Source: Obrimoposthia wandeli (taxonomy: Eukaryota). Taken from it: DNA of 64,000 nucleotides. Positions 14,644-26,400 of the stretch are shown in pieces. The DNA is taken from NCBI GenBank assembly GCA_977020255.1, contig CDROCS010001417.1, positions 310,001 to 374,000 on the forward strand, given 5' to 3'. Under the pieces are notes generated by a model. The model was not told the DNA's origin. It did not search any database and saw nothing but the letters and a program-made list of their open reading frames with translations. Within the stretch, counting starts at the first letter, position 1, and each line of letters starts with the position of its first letter. The translations under genes were made by a program, and so were the position numbers.

Positions 14644-15009
14644 TGTTATCCTAGGCGCAGATTTTAAATGCAAAAGCAATCCTATCTAATTTAAATGGCA
14701 ATAGTTAGAATAATAATGTGGTACAACAAGAACAACAATGACAACACAACAGCAACGATAATACGTGCTTAATAATATCGGATTCGATTATGAATGTTAA
14801 CAAATATCCACCAAATATCCAAATATCCAAATATTTCTGAGTTTTAATATACTCGTCGCCAATTGTTGTGTTCCGACAGTTCCAAATACGCTTTGTTAAT
14901 AATGAAATCAAGCCAATATTGTGTTCCAACAATTTAATCATACATCAATTTCAAATAGATTTTTTCCCACAACCATCATATTTATAATTTCCACACTCAT
15001 TATATCACA
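14644..15009 (-). repeat. Putative 5' LTR of the Gypsy element; an 80-bp partial copy lies at 11487-11566
   Basis: The minus strand begins TGTGATATA, ends GATAACA and is followed by C-TGGTAGG (PBS-like). 14863-14942 matches 11487-11566. Confidence 0.55.
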
Positions 15010-16429
15010 ACTGTCCAAATTCTCGACGAATGGAGTCAAATCCTCCTCCTACTTCTGTGTTGTATGCACGAAATTTATTTAATCGACAGCAGATTCTTCT
15101 TCGCTGAACAAGTCCCTGTTGGAGTCTAGAGTGAAGACTGTCTCTGACTGAGACATTAGTATTAATTGTCATGGACATTGGCGTTTGATCCTAGCCTAAA
15201 TGTTGTCACCGACGCCCTCATTGCTGCTTCCTCTAAAGTTGACGGTCAAGCAACGTTGACTGTATTCTGCTGAGGAGTACAGTCTTCCCGATTTACTACC
15301 GAATCCTGTCTAATCAGGTCAATTTATTGGGATCTCTGTACCCCTTTTCATCGTGTTGCTTGTCTTGGAGTCAAAGTGGTGAGAAGTTCGCCCAGATCCA
15401 TCGGATCTTGACTAATTAAGTTGATGTACTGCGATGCCTCTCATGCTCCTCTTGTTGCTCCATCTTATAGTATCATCGAGTCTTGACTAAGTCAATATAC
15501 TGCAACGGTGTTGGCGTTCGTCGCAGCACTGGAGAGAGGTCTTCTTACAGTTTCTCCTTGAGCTCTGAATCGATGTCAACATTGTCATGAAATTTTTACT
15601 ATCAAAATCGGTAGCAATAGAAAAGATCCGTTAATTTTTGTCGAATTTTAAGCAAAGCTTACAAAAGTTGTAAATTTGAAGTTCTTTTCTCATTAGCTTC
15701 AAATAAATTACATTCTAGCACCAAAATTGAAATGTAGTATTCTTTTAGGCTTTTAAAGACTGAACAAATTAATTGTTGTGCCAGTATTTCTTGTTGCGCT
15801 GTAATTCCTTCAATATTTTCCACTCACATGCTTGATTTGGTTGTTGTAATTTTCATTAGCCGAGTAGTTTGTTCTGAAAATTGTAGATTAAATAAATATG
15901 ATTAATTTATATACATATCAGCCCTGGTTGACATATTAAAAACATCGGTTTCTTTCTCAAAGGATTTTAGGATTGAAGTCTTTTATTTATTTATTTTATT
16001 TCCTTTTATTTTTTTCTTCTTTAACTGCAATTGGGAGCAGACGATTCAAGTCTGAGTTGTATTCTTCCAAGACTTTGAATAAATGTTTTAACACTCATGC
16101 AGCAGTTAACAGTGTCGTTAAGGTTTTCGATCGTAATTCTGAGAGGGTTTAATGCTGCCAACACAAATTTGGCGATCTTTACAAAATTCTCATTCCACAA
16201 ATTTCCAAAATTTAAATAGAATGATACCTTTTTGATTTGTCCACAAATCTTAGAAATCTTTCTATCGGTGTTGACCATGACTGATAGGCTGTTTCTTTCA
16301 TTGCTAAGCTTGCCACCACCACATTGTAATTGAGTGATTGAGAATTGAGAAGGAAGTGCGTAACATGGCGAGTTTTCCATCTACTGATTCTAAACGTATA
16401 ACAAACTCGATGTGAAAGAACGAGCTCAC

Positions 16430-16910
16430 GGGTCAGTTAATGAACCCCCAGAACATAGGTAAGAGGCTCTCGCAATAGCGCCTGGTCAAAGTCATCAGTA
16501 GTAGTAGCACAGAACCACTCGATTGATGCAAAGGTACTGCTGACTTCGAACTTTACCAGGATGTTATCTTTGTTCTTATGAATAGTAGATAGGGCTGAGG
16601 TTGGAATACCGAACATTTCTTGCAATGAGGCCCAACGCGGTTGACAACATCAACGTTTTTGACCTTCTAGAGCAGTGCCCGGGAAACTTTTCATTTGGCG
16701 GGCCAAAATGTAGATTTTTTGAACGCTCGGGGCCAGAAATGGGTTAGGCTGTTACGTAACTCTGAAAAACTAACGAAAGTGGTGGTTTCATTACATTATC
16801 CAAAACTTTACGCGGGCCGGATTAAACCACAACGCGGGCCGGACTTTCCCGGGCGCTGTTCTAGAGCGTAATAGTAGTGGGATTGGAAGCAGTCGCTAGA
16901 GCCATGATGA
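16430..16910 (-). mobile_element. Tigger/pogo (CENP-B-like HTH) remnant interrupted by a hAT MITE
   Basis: TTITLE precedes the MITE, and FGIPTSALSTIHKNKDNIL and DDFDQALL follow it. These match the psq/CENP-B-type HTH N-terminus of Tigger transposases. Confidence 0.6.
16673..16858. mobile_element. hAT (Charlie-type) MITE, 186 bp
   Basis: TIRs are CAGTGCCCGGGAAA and TTTCCCGGGCGCTG. The 8-bp TSD TTCTAGAG is perfect (16665-16672 and 16859-16866), and there are internal CGGGCCGGA repeats. Confidence 0.9.
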
Positions 16911-17476
16911 GTGAGTCAATGACCGTTGGCGTATAGTCAACATGTAGCTTTGATTAAGTTGGCTAAACGAAATCAGTGACACTTGCATGTATTTCCTGGC
17001 TTATTGATTCTTGAAATGAGTCACGATGTAATTTAACCATAATATTAGCTTATCCAATCATTTACGTTATCAGTTTCTGACCTTTGAGCAATTTCTTTAA
17101 ATATTAGTTTGGATTTTGAATTAAATTGTTTTACAACTGAAACATTAATTCGATTTTTTTAACTATAAGTTTGTAAAACATTTATCGTATTCTTAATTAT
17201 TAATATGTTGTAAATTAATATTTACAAATCCATATCACTAACGTTTGGTAGTAGTAGGTTTTAGTTTATTTTACCTTTGAACTATTTCCAAATTGAATGT
17301 CGTCATCGAAATTAGGTTTTCACGACAACTGCCATATTTGAGCGATAAACTAACAAAAATTAGGTCGATATTGATGCTACTGTTGACTGATATTTCAATC
17401 AATTAGCTTCGAATCAACTTTGACACTGATAACTTATAAAATAGATTACTACAATAACTTCGCCATTATCAGCATT

Positions 17477-20400
17477 ATGGATTCTTTGGACGTCTACACG
17501 GATCGAATGCAGCACCTGAAAGGTAATTTGAAAAACTAGTAAAAATATTTCTTATTAGTAAATATGCCAAAATTAATTTAAAAAAAAATTCTGAATAAAA
17601 CAATATAAATAGAATTTTTAGTCAATTTTTTTGAAGTGTTATAAAATTATTATTTAATATTCTTCTTTTTTTCTAAAATTGGGTTTGTCAGATGGCTAAA
17701 ATAAAATTAAACTAAATGAAAACTATATTATAAAATATGATTCGATGAGAAGTAGGCCTATTGTTTCAATAAGAGTCGAATATATTTATTTTGAATGTTT
17801 GTTAGATACCGGTGCAAACCTTAATGTAATTGAAAGATTTTTATTAAGTGATGCACATAAACCACATTTATTGCTTTTCTAAGGGGATTATGAACAGAAT
17901 TTTTTCACTATAAAATGATGAGTTTTATCGAATGCAGACATGATATGGGGTTCTATTATTACGAGTGATGATCATTGTGTCTTATAATAGATGTCAAAAG
18001 GTATTTCAGAATTATTCTGAATAGAAGTAAAAATAATTTTATTTGCTTGATTCAAAAAGTATTTTCTGCTATCCAATTTTACACAAATGAATTAAAATTT
18101 TCGGTGTTATGAAAAAGTGAAATTTGACTTTTGAAGTAATGAAAATCGAAACGTTTACAAACTTTCAATGCTATGATTTTTGGTATAATTTAACTGACCA
18201 TTGCACACATTAGATTAAGGCAGTGGTGGGATTCAAGGGTTCGCACCGGTTCGCGCGAACCGGTTCCTAAAAATATAAAAGTTCGCAGAACCGCCTGAAC
18301 CGGTTCCTGGACTACCTTCTTCGACTGAAACGTAATCATCTGGATAAAAAATATATAATTTTTTAATTCGTTGATTGAACGCATTATTTATTCTTATTTA
18401 TTCTTATATTAATATTAATGGTAAAGTCAAAATTTCAAAACTATTATTAAAATTCAGCAAACATTTAACTACAATATATTAATATTTAAACATAAAAAAA
18501 TCCGAGCACAGATTTTTTCATGTATATATAATATGGTGAAATGAACCTTCTACATATAACAATGGTTCAACCGTTTAAGTAAAATTGATAAATATATTTT
18601 AATGATAAATTATATCGAGTGTTTTACATGTAATTTGTAATGGGATATTATAATATGATACACAGTGTATGTTTAGTAAACATCGTTAGCCCTGAATCAT
18701 GGGATATTGATGAAGTTGTTGTACCGTGGAAACAAGCTGAAGAAAAATTACCCGGATTCTATAAGCAGTTTCACCATAAAATATGCGTTAACGATTTCCG
18801 TGACTATGTAGAAAATGTTATAGAAAACCGTCCCAATCAAGATGTTCCTTCTACAATACAAAAAGCAAAAAATATTATTAATACAATTGCTTTGAGTTCT
18901 GCTGAAGCGGAACGCGGATTTTCAGTTATGAATGTGATATATAGCGATAAAAGGAATCGTCTTGAAGTTCAAAATGTCGCAAATCTTATGGTAATAAAGT
19001 TAATTGGTCTTCCTCTTAATTTATGGGATTCTATGGATTCTGTTAAAACGTGGCTAAGAAAACACCACACAGCTGATGATAAAAGAGTGAAGCATTCATC
19101 TAATAGTTCTTATAATTCTAATGGATTATCAATCTGGAAATATTTGGAATATGATGGTAAATAAAATGATTAATTGAACTTGTTTATTATTAACCACACA
19201 CGGAAAAATTGATTTAATTCCACATCAACCGGTAAATGAGCGAACCGGTTGCTAAACAGTTTGAATCCCACCACTGGATTAAGGCATATCTGAATTAGAC
19301 AAATCTTAATAAATTATGACAGAATATTATTAATTAATATTATATTTTCTAACTTTGAATTTGCTTAACCTTCTTGAAACTGTACGTTCAACAATTGAGC
19401 AATTCTGAAATGTCATTGGGCACTTTATCTGTTAACTTTTCGTTTGGGTTTTTCAATTTTTTTCCCCTTTAAATTTTTTCTGGTACTTAATGCGACATTG
19501 TTCCAGTTGTCTGGTACGTGTTGTACAACGAATGTTATATCAATTCTCTTCATAGATGTTATGGTTTCTGTACAGGAGTCATTAGCCAAAAGCATAGCTT
19601 CGCCAATCCATTTTCTTTACTACCGCTTGGTGTTCTCAATGGCGCCCTGGCCCAGAGTGAATGAGTGAGGTAACATTTATGAAAGAAAGTATACAGATAT
19701 GAATCTAACTTATGTTGTTAATTGCGACTCCACCGAATGTGGCTAGATGGCCTTTGGAATTGACCAATATTCGAGAGCTTCGCCTTCATGACAGGTCAAA
19801 CTGTTTGTGAAGCCAAGACTTGTATACAGTCATATTATCCAAATAGGCTTCTGACAGTTGTAACAGATTGGAAACTGACGTAAATCCTGTAGATGAAAAA
19901 CATCGATGTTTTGCACTTTTCTAAATCAAATGTATGGGTACATTTATAGATTTTAAAGCGTTTGCGCACAAGTTAAATGGTAGACACTTCATCGCAATGC
20001 TGATGCTAGCCTTTAATTCCAATCTTTATTTTCTTCAAATTAAAAACTTTTTATATTTATGTCTGTCAGCTGAATAAAAATGAATATGGGCTGTATTATT
20101 ATATTTCCCAACTATGAATTTACTCAACATCGTTGAGACTCAACATAATGTAGCGTATACTGTATGGTTTTTTTTTAAACAATTAAGTTATTTTAGACAA
20201 TGGAAACTAGGGAAATCACAACATTTAGAATATTGGAACACTGATAAAAGGTTTCGTTCGAAATATATTTCGCAATTATTTGAAATAATACAATGATAAA
20301 AAAATTTAAGACGACTGATCAGATGAGTTGAAAAAATATGGGAAGCAATAAGAGAAGACAATATAAGAATCTTTACTAAATTTCCAATTAGAAGGAATTT

Positions 20401-23400
20401 TGAAAATGTAAATACAGGACTTCATACAATATAATGAAAAAATATCAAATTCATACAGGATAGCCTTAGATGTCATACTTAAATTCACAAGCCAATAATG
20501 CAATCAACATTTAATCAGATTGGCCCCCACATTCCACAGATCTGAATATTATTGTTAATTTATTACCTATTTACTGTTTGATGTTTAAAAGTATTATATT
20601 TACCATATATAATGCACAAAGCGGGTTTAGATTTCTATACACTTCTTGGTAATCGGTATTCTTAAGATCAATTTAAAAAAATCAAATAATGTATATTAAA
20701 TGACTTTATAAAAATAAATTAACCTTATGTTTATGTAATTTTCAAATACAGGTATATTTTCTGATAATTCTTTTATTTTTATAACAAATTATTTTAGAAC
20801 CTGCTAATTTCTAATTGAATTGGTAAAAATAAAAAACAGATAGAAGAATAGATAACGTTGACAAAATCGAAATTAAGATAATTAATGTAATTTTTCATAT
20901 TTATTAATTATTTACCACGATGTTTTAGATTTTGATTATCTTTGTCTGGGAATGTCTAAAATAATAAGGAAACATATCTAATTTCATATGAAATATTATT
21001 ATTTAAACAATTAATTAAACTAATTAAAGGAAATTCTATTTAAAAGATTTTAACCAACTTTAAAAAACTCAAAAACACGTTTTTGTTCAATTTTATAATT
21101 AATTACATAGGGAAGCTTCATTGTTTCCTTAACGTTTTCCTTCAAACATAGTTATTTTAAAAGTAATTTCCTCAGATAAAAACTGTTTATGAATATGACA
21201 TACTGTGCATAAACAATTCAAATTACCCATTTGCAGCTTAAATAGAAAGGGAACTGTTAAATTTGGTTTCGCAACTTTTGGTCCCCATTTTGGGTTTGCT
21301 GAAATACAAAAATAACCTGAGGCAAATCTAAAAACAGTTCAATTTGACAGTCTTGAATAACTGGAATTATTCGAAGTTCAAAGGTCAAAATTTCAAAACA
21401 TGTGTACATTAATAACACTTGAGTTTAAAATTCCACCTCCAACGGAGAATTAAAGTTATGACACTTTGTAACTTTAATTGTTCATTCTGTGAAGTGCTAC
21501 ATTGTTCTGCTGAGTGTATTCAATTTCAATTCCAATTCAATTTAGTCACTGTTGAACTGGAAAATGCAAGTTCTCAGTTTTTCGTATCGAAAATCATAGG
21601 TAAATGTAAACAGTTAAGAGTGCAATAATTAATTTATAAGAATTAAATATACCTACAACTTAAGTTTAACCTTTCCATATTTTGGAACCTCTGAAATGAG
21701 ACCATCGAAGGGACCGAAAAATATAACCCGATTTTCGAAGTAGTTCTATAATATATGTAACTAGCATCAGAAATTGATATTGATCTTGTAACCAAATTTT
21801 ATTTGGAAATATTTATTTTCTAATCGAATTGTTTCTAAATACGCGAAATAGTAATGTAGAAGTATTCATTTACAAAGATGCAAAACCATCCAGAAGTAAT
21901 TTGGTTAATAGACTCGAAGAAGCATTTTTAATATGGGCCTTTGGCTTGACTTTTGGGTGTGGATATTAGTTTTCTCATTATAATTACTTTTGACATGCCA
22001 TAAGCTTCATTCAAGTGCCTTTAGTTATTTTGACTTTCTCGGCGAGATGCATATCTTTGCGTATCATATGATTGCGTAATTTTACTTACTGATCATGAAA
22101 GATTAATCAAAATTAATTAAAGAATAACTACAATTTCTTAAAAAAAAGTCTTTTGATATAATAATAACAGTAAAAGAAATTGAGGATAATTGTCACTTTA
22201 TCTTAAGTCAAGCGCTATAATGCAACAAATAAATATTGAAATACAGTAAAAAATAAATTCAAATATAATAAGAATCGAAATGTATAAAAAATATCCAGTT
22301 AAAGAAATTAATTCCAGTGCATTTTAATCAATAAGTTTATCAATAAAACACCATAAACTTCATATAATTGGTTAAAAAATGATCAATTTGAATTTGATCA
22401 AAAAGAAGTTATGATTCTCTAATATAGGTGGTGTGTTCCAGAGTGTATTACCAAATATGTTATTAAAAAGAATAGTAAAGTTAACTGAATAAATACTATT
22501 TTATCTCCAAAATATTGATGGCCAATGAATCTTACAAAAAATGTTAAACAAATTAACAAAATCTTTCATTTTTCCCTTTACCCACTGGAAAACGGGATGG
22601 GTCTTCCCGACTTGTGATCAATTGAAACCGATATAAAACTCATTTGTGAATTGTATATCTCTATTACAAAATCCAAATATCAGTTCCAAACAATCATTAT
22701 TCGCAAGCAAAATTCGACTGTAATGTTTATCTTCAAAGTTTTTTTATATTATGAAGACAAAATATTTGAAGTAATAAAAGATAATATAAATATAAAATTA
22801 ATAGTTTAAGAAATGTTATGCAATCTTCGTTTGAACGAAAACATTTAAAAAGAATCCAAATATCATCCAAAAAAAAACATGACAAAAATCAAATTATAAT
22901 CCTCTAATACACAGTTGTTGGAACATGTTTTATTAGGGACATGAATATGCCAGAATTTTCATTAAATTCCTTCTAGAGGAATCCTTAAGTCATATGAATT
23001 AAACTGGGAAATAAGTCGATCAATGATGGGTTTGAACCAATGGCCACTGGCTAATAAGAATATTTAACTACTGACAAAGATATCCCAGCTCATTGAAGCA
23101 AATTTATTCTGACAAACTTATTTTCAGATTAAATTTTAGATTCAGATGACAATACATTTTAAGATTAATCTGAATTTATCAGGGAAAATCAGTTTACTCC
23201 CGACGGGCTCCAAATGAGGATTAGACTAGTCATCACGGATAGATGAAGTAATGCATGGAACAAATGAAAATTCTGGGACGTTCTGCAGGCAATTCTTAGT
23301 GGGTATTCCTAAAATTTGAAATTTATTTAAGTCGAAAAAATCATAATAAATCTGAATAATTGTAATCGAAATAATCAGCTTTGAGAAACTTTCTGAAGAA

Positions 23401-26400
23401 TCGTTGGTGGATTCTATGCCTTGTAATGTTTACGCTGACCTCAGATAAGTGAGGCAGTGCGAATTAATACATGACCTTTGACCTACATTTTAAGTGGCAA
23501 CTGAACAGGAAAATTGAGAGTTGTAAACATTCTGAACCATTCTGTGTTCAGCGGTTTATAGCTGCTGATTTATTCTAGTGACACGTTACCAAACCATTTC
23601 AATACAATGTAGTATGTGATTTGGAAAGTATTGTAACCGTCTGGACACTTTTATCCGTTATATGCCTTGAGTAATATTTGATACAAATCCGTTACTGACA
23701 ATTAAAAGTACATTATCCCCATTTATAAATTCTGATCAGTTATCTGGAGATTACGAACCGTGATAGTTCAAGGATAGAATGCTACGACTTTTATGAGAAC
23801 TCCCATTTAATTCTCAGTCTCGGCAACTAACTTTCTCTTGAATCAAACTCATACAGTGCACTTTTAAGAATTTATTGTAATTTCAGTCCAGAATTTAATT
23901 TACTACGTAACATAAAACTACATTATTTAACCCATTTGATGCCATACTTCGTTTAAACGAATAATGCATTTCTTTGAGCAACTGATACTTTTTCCTATTG
24001 TTAAAATTAAAATACTTCGATTAAGCAATATTATAGCGCTTTATTTTCATTCTTTAGGTATTTTAAAGATAAGTGAACGAATAAAATATATTTAAAACAA
24101 ATTTATGCTGATCTATGGATCAAGCAAGAAGATCATTATAAGAAAAAAAATTTAATTACAAGTCAGTTGATTACATAAAAATAGTTAGAAAATTATTTCT
24201 TATGAAAACTTGTCAAATTTTCACAATTTTCTATTTCGTCAATATTCATTTAAAATACAGCTAAATCCCGTTAAATACCGTGAAAACTTTCTACTACATA
24301 TGATTTTAAAGGGTTTTTGAGGAACCACGGGTCATAAAAATTACTTGTTAATAAAGAATCACAATCGACTAGACATCACAAAGCTGCTTCACCATACAAT
24401 GTTAGAACCGATCTTCAAGGTACTACTAAGCGTCGCTGAGCACAACAATTACACTCATAAAATGTGTCTTTCAATGTGTCTTATCAATTTTCATCAAGTA
24501 TAAGTAGGTGGATGTGTCCGGTCTAATCCACATCCCCCCTTGTCCTTTAAGACCGTGCATGTGTGTGGAGTGAAATTTCGTGTAGGTTTGTGGAGTGAAA
24601 TTTCACTCCACACACATGCACGGTTTTAAAGGACAAAGGGGGGGCCCTAACATTTTTTCGCGCCTCACGGCGCGAAGGGCTCGGGACTGATATAGGTCAC
24701 AGACTAGCTTGGCGATGTGCAGATGTCTGGCTCTCATATATGTCACAGACTAGCTTGGCGATGTGCAGATGTCTCGCTCTCATATATGTCACAGACTAGC
24801 TTGGCGATGTGCGGATGTATCGCTCTCATATATGTCACAGACTAGCTTGGGCGATGTGCGGATGTCTCGCTCTCATATATGTCACAGACTAGCTTGGCGA
24901 TGTGCAGATGTCTCGCTCTCATATATGTCACAGACTAGCTTGGGCGATGTGTGGATGTCTCGCTCTCATATATGTCACAGACTAGCTTGGGCGATGTGTG
25001 GATGTCTCGCTCTCATATATGTCAAAGACTAGCTTGGCGATGTGCGGATGTCTGGCTCTCATATATGTCACAGACTAGCTTGGCGATGTGCGGATGTATC
25101 GCTCTCATATATGTCACAGACTAGCTTGGGCGATGTGCGGATGTCTCGCTCTCATATATGTCACAGACTAGCTTGGCGATGTGCGGATGTCTCGCTCTCA
25201 TATATGTCACAGACTAGCTTGGCGATGTGCAGATGTCTCGCTCTCATATATGTCACAGACTAGCTTGGGCGATGTGTGGATGTCTCGCTCTCATATATGT
25301 CACAGACTAGCTTGGGCGATGTGTGGATGTCTCGCTCTCATATATGTCACAGACTAGCTTGGGCGATGTGTGGATGTCTCGCTCTCATATATGTCACAGA
25401 CTAGTTTGGGTGATGGGCGGATGTCTCGCTCTCATATATGTCACAGACTAGCTTGGGTGATGTGCGAATGTCTCGCTCTCATATATGTCACAGACTAGTT
25501 TGGGTGATGGGCGGATGTTTCACCACACCACACCACACCACACCACACCACACCACACCACACCACACCACACCACACCACACCACAAACAACAACACCA
25601 CCACCGCCCGCCCCTTAGGGGCGGGCTCCATTCTCGCGAAAATAACTACAAAAACATGCGCTACAGTATCACTTTACCTCTCACAACTACACATGTCGAC
25701 AACCCGTGTCATACCCAAGACCCTAACATACATCGCACACCGCCCGCCCTTGGAGGCGGCCTTCATTCTTGATCTTTAGGCACGAAAACATTACAAAATA
25801 TAAATTATTTAAATAAGACGCCATTTTTTTTGTGCCAAATTTAAAATTTTCAAAATGGCTTTTAAACAAAAAAATTTAAAAATTAAAATAAAATTGTTTA
25901 CAAAATTTTTATAGTTTAAAAATAAAATTTCCAACATAATTTTTTACAACAATTTTTATAGTTTAAAAAAATAATTTTACACAGAACTTTTATACTTTAG
26001 AATTAAAATTTTAAACTTAGAAAAAGACGAATTGGATACAAATATTTATTAAACCAAAGAGAAAATTAGGTACATTAAATTTGTGACATACAAATTCAAA
26101 CATACAAAAAAAATTATTCAAGTGAAAAATCATCTGGATATCTATGATGTCTGTAGACAACTGACCGGTTTTTCTCTACCCATTTTCTCTCATCGTCATT
26201 GCTACTCAATGCGATCTTACTCATATTTACGGTATAGAGCTGGTGATTAATTGAACTAATGCGTTGTTGTTGTTACACTCGTTTACTAACCCCACTATCA
26301 TATGCAGCTAAATAATTCGCATGGCGTAGCACAGTCTGCTTAAGGCTAATTCCCTTTGCTCTCATCTAGAACTTTCCGTCTATAGTTTCTAAGCTATATG

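Larger units (their letters stand above)
11487..15009 (-). mobile_element. Degenerate Ty3/Gypsy LTR retrotransposon (gag zinc knuckles, RT, RNase H, truncated integrase)
   Basis: Minus-strand motifs are AKCRKCGRIG (gag knuckle, about 13620), WCSPLVSIVKKNGDISLCIYFRYLN and YVDD (RT), YSQVEKECLAVLF...FRLCTDNMPL (RNase H) and EGHIGTTKL (integrase Zn finger, about 11640). There are many frameshifts. Confidence 0.9.

Noticed and set aside
16021-16380. 119-aa ORF on the minus strand
   Set aside because: It has no recognisable motif and lies between transposon relics.
19440-23880. Faint transposase-like or integrase-like fragments at about 19.6-20.0 kb and 22.4-23.9 kb
   Set aside because: They are too degraded to assign; no diagnostic motif, TIR or TSD was found.
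24696-25517. CRISPR-like array interpretation of the 46/47-bp repeats
   Set aside because: The units are head-to-tail with no unique spacers, there are no cas genes, and the context is eukaryotic.
24763-25779. ORFs 24763..25032, 25042..25263, 25438..25779 and 25485..25772, and their mirrors 38134..38586
   Set aside because: They are translations of the minisatellite and the (CACCA)n tract; 46/47-nt units shift frame and give repetitive pseudo-proteins.
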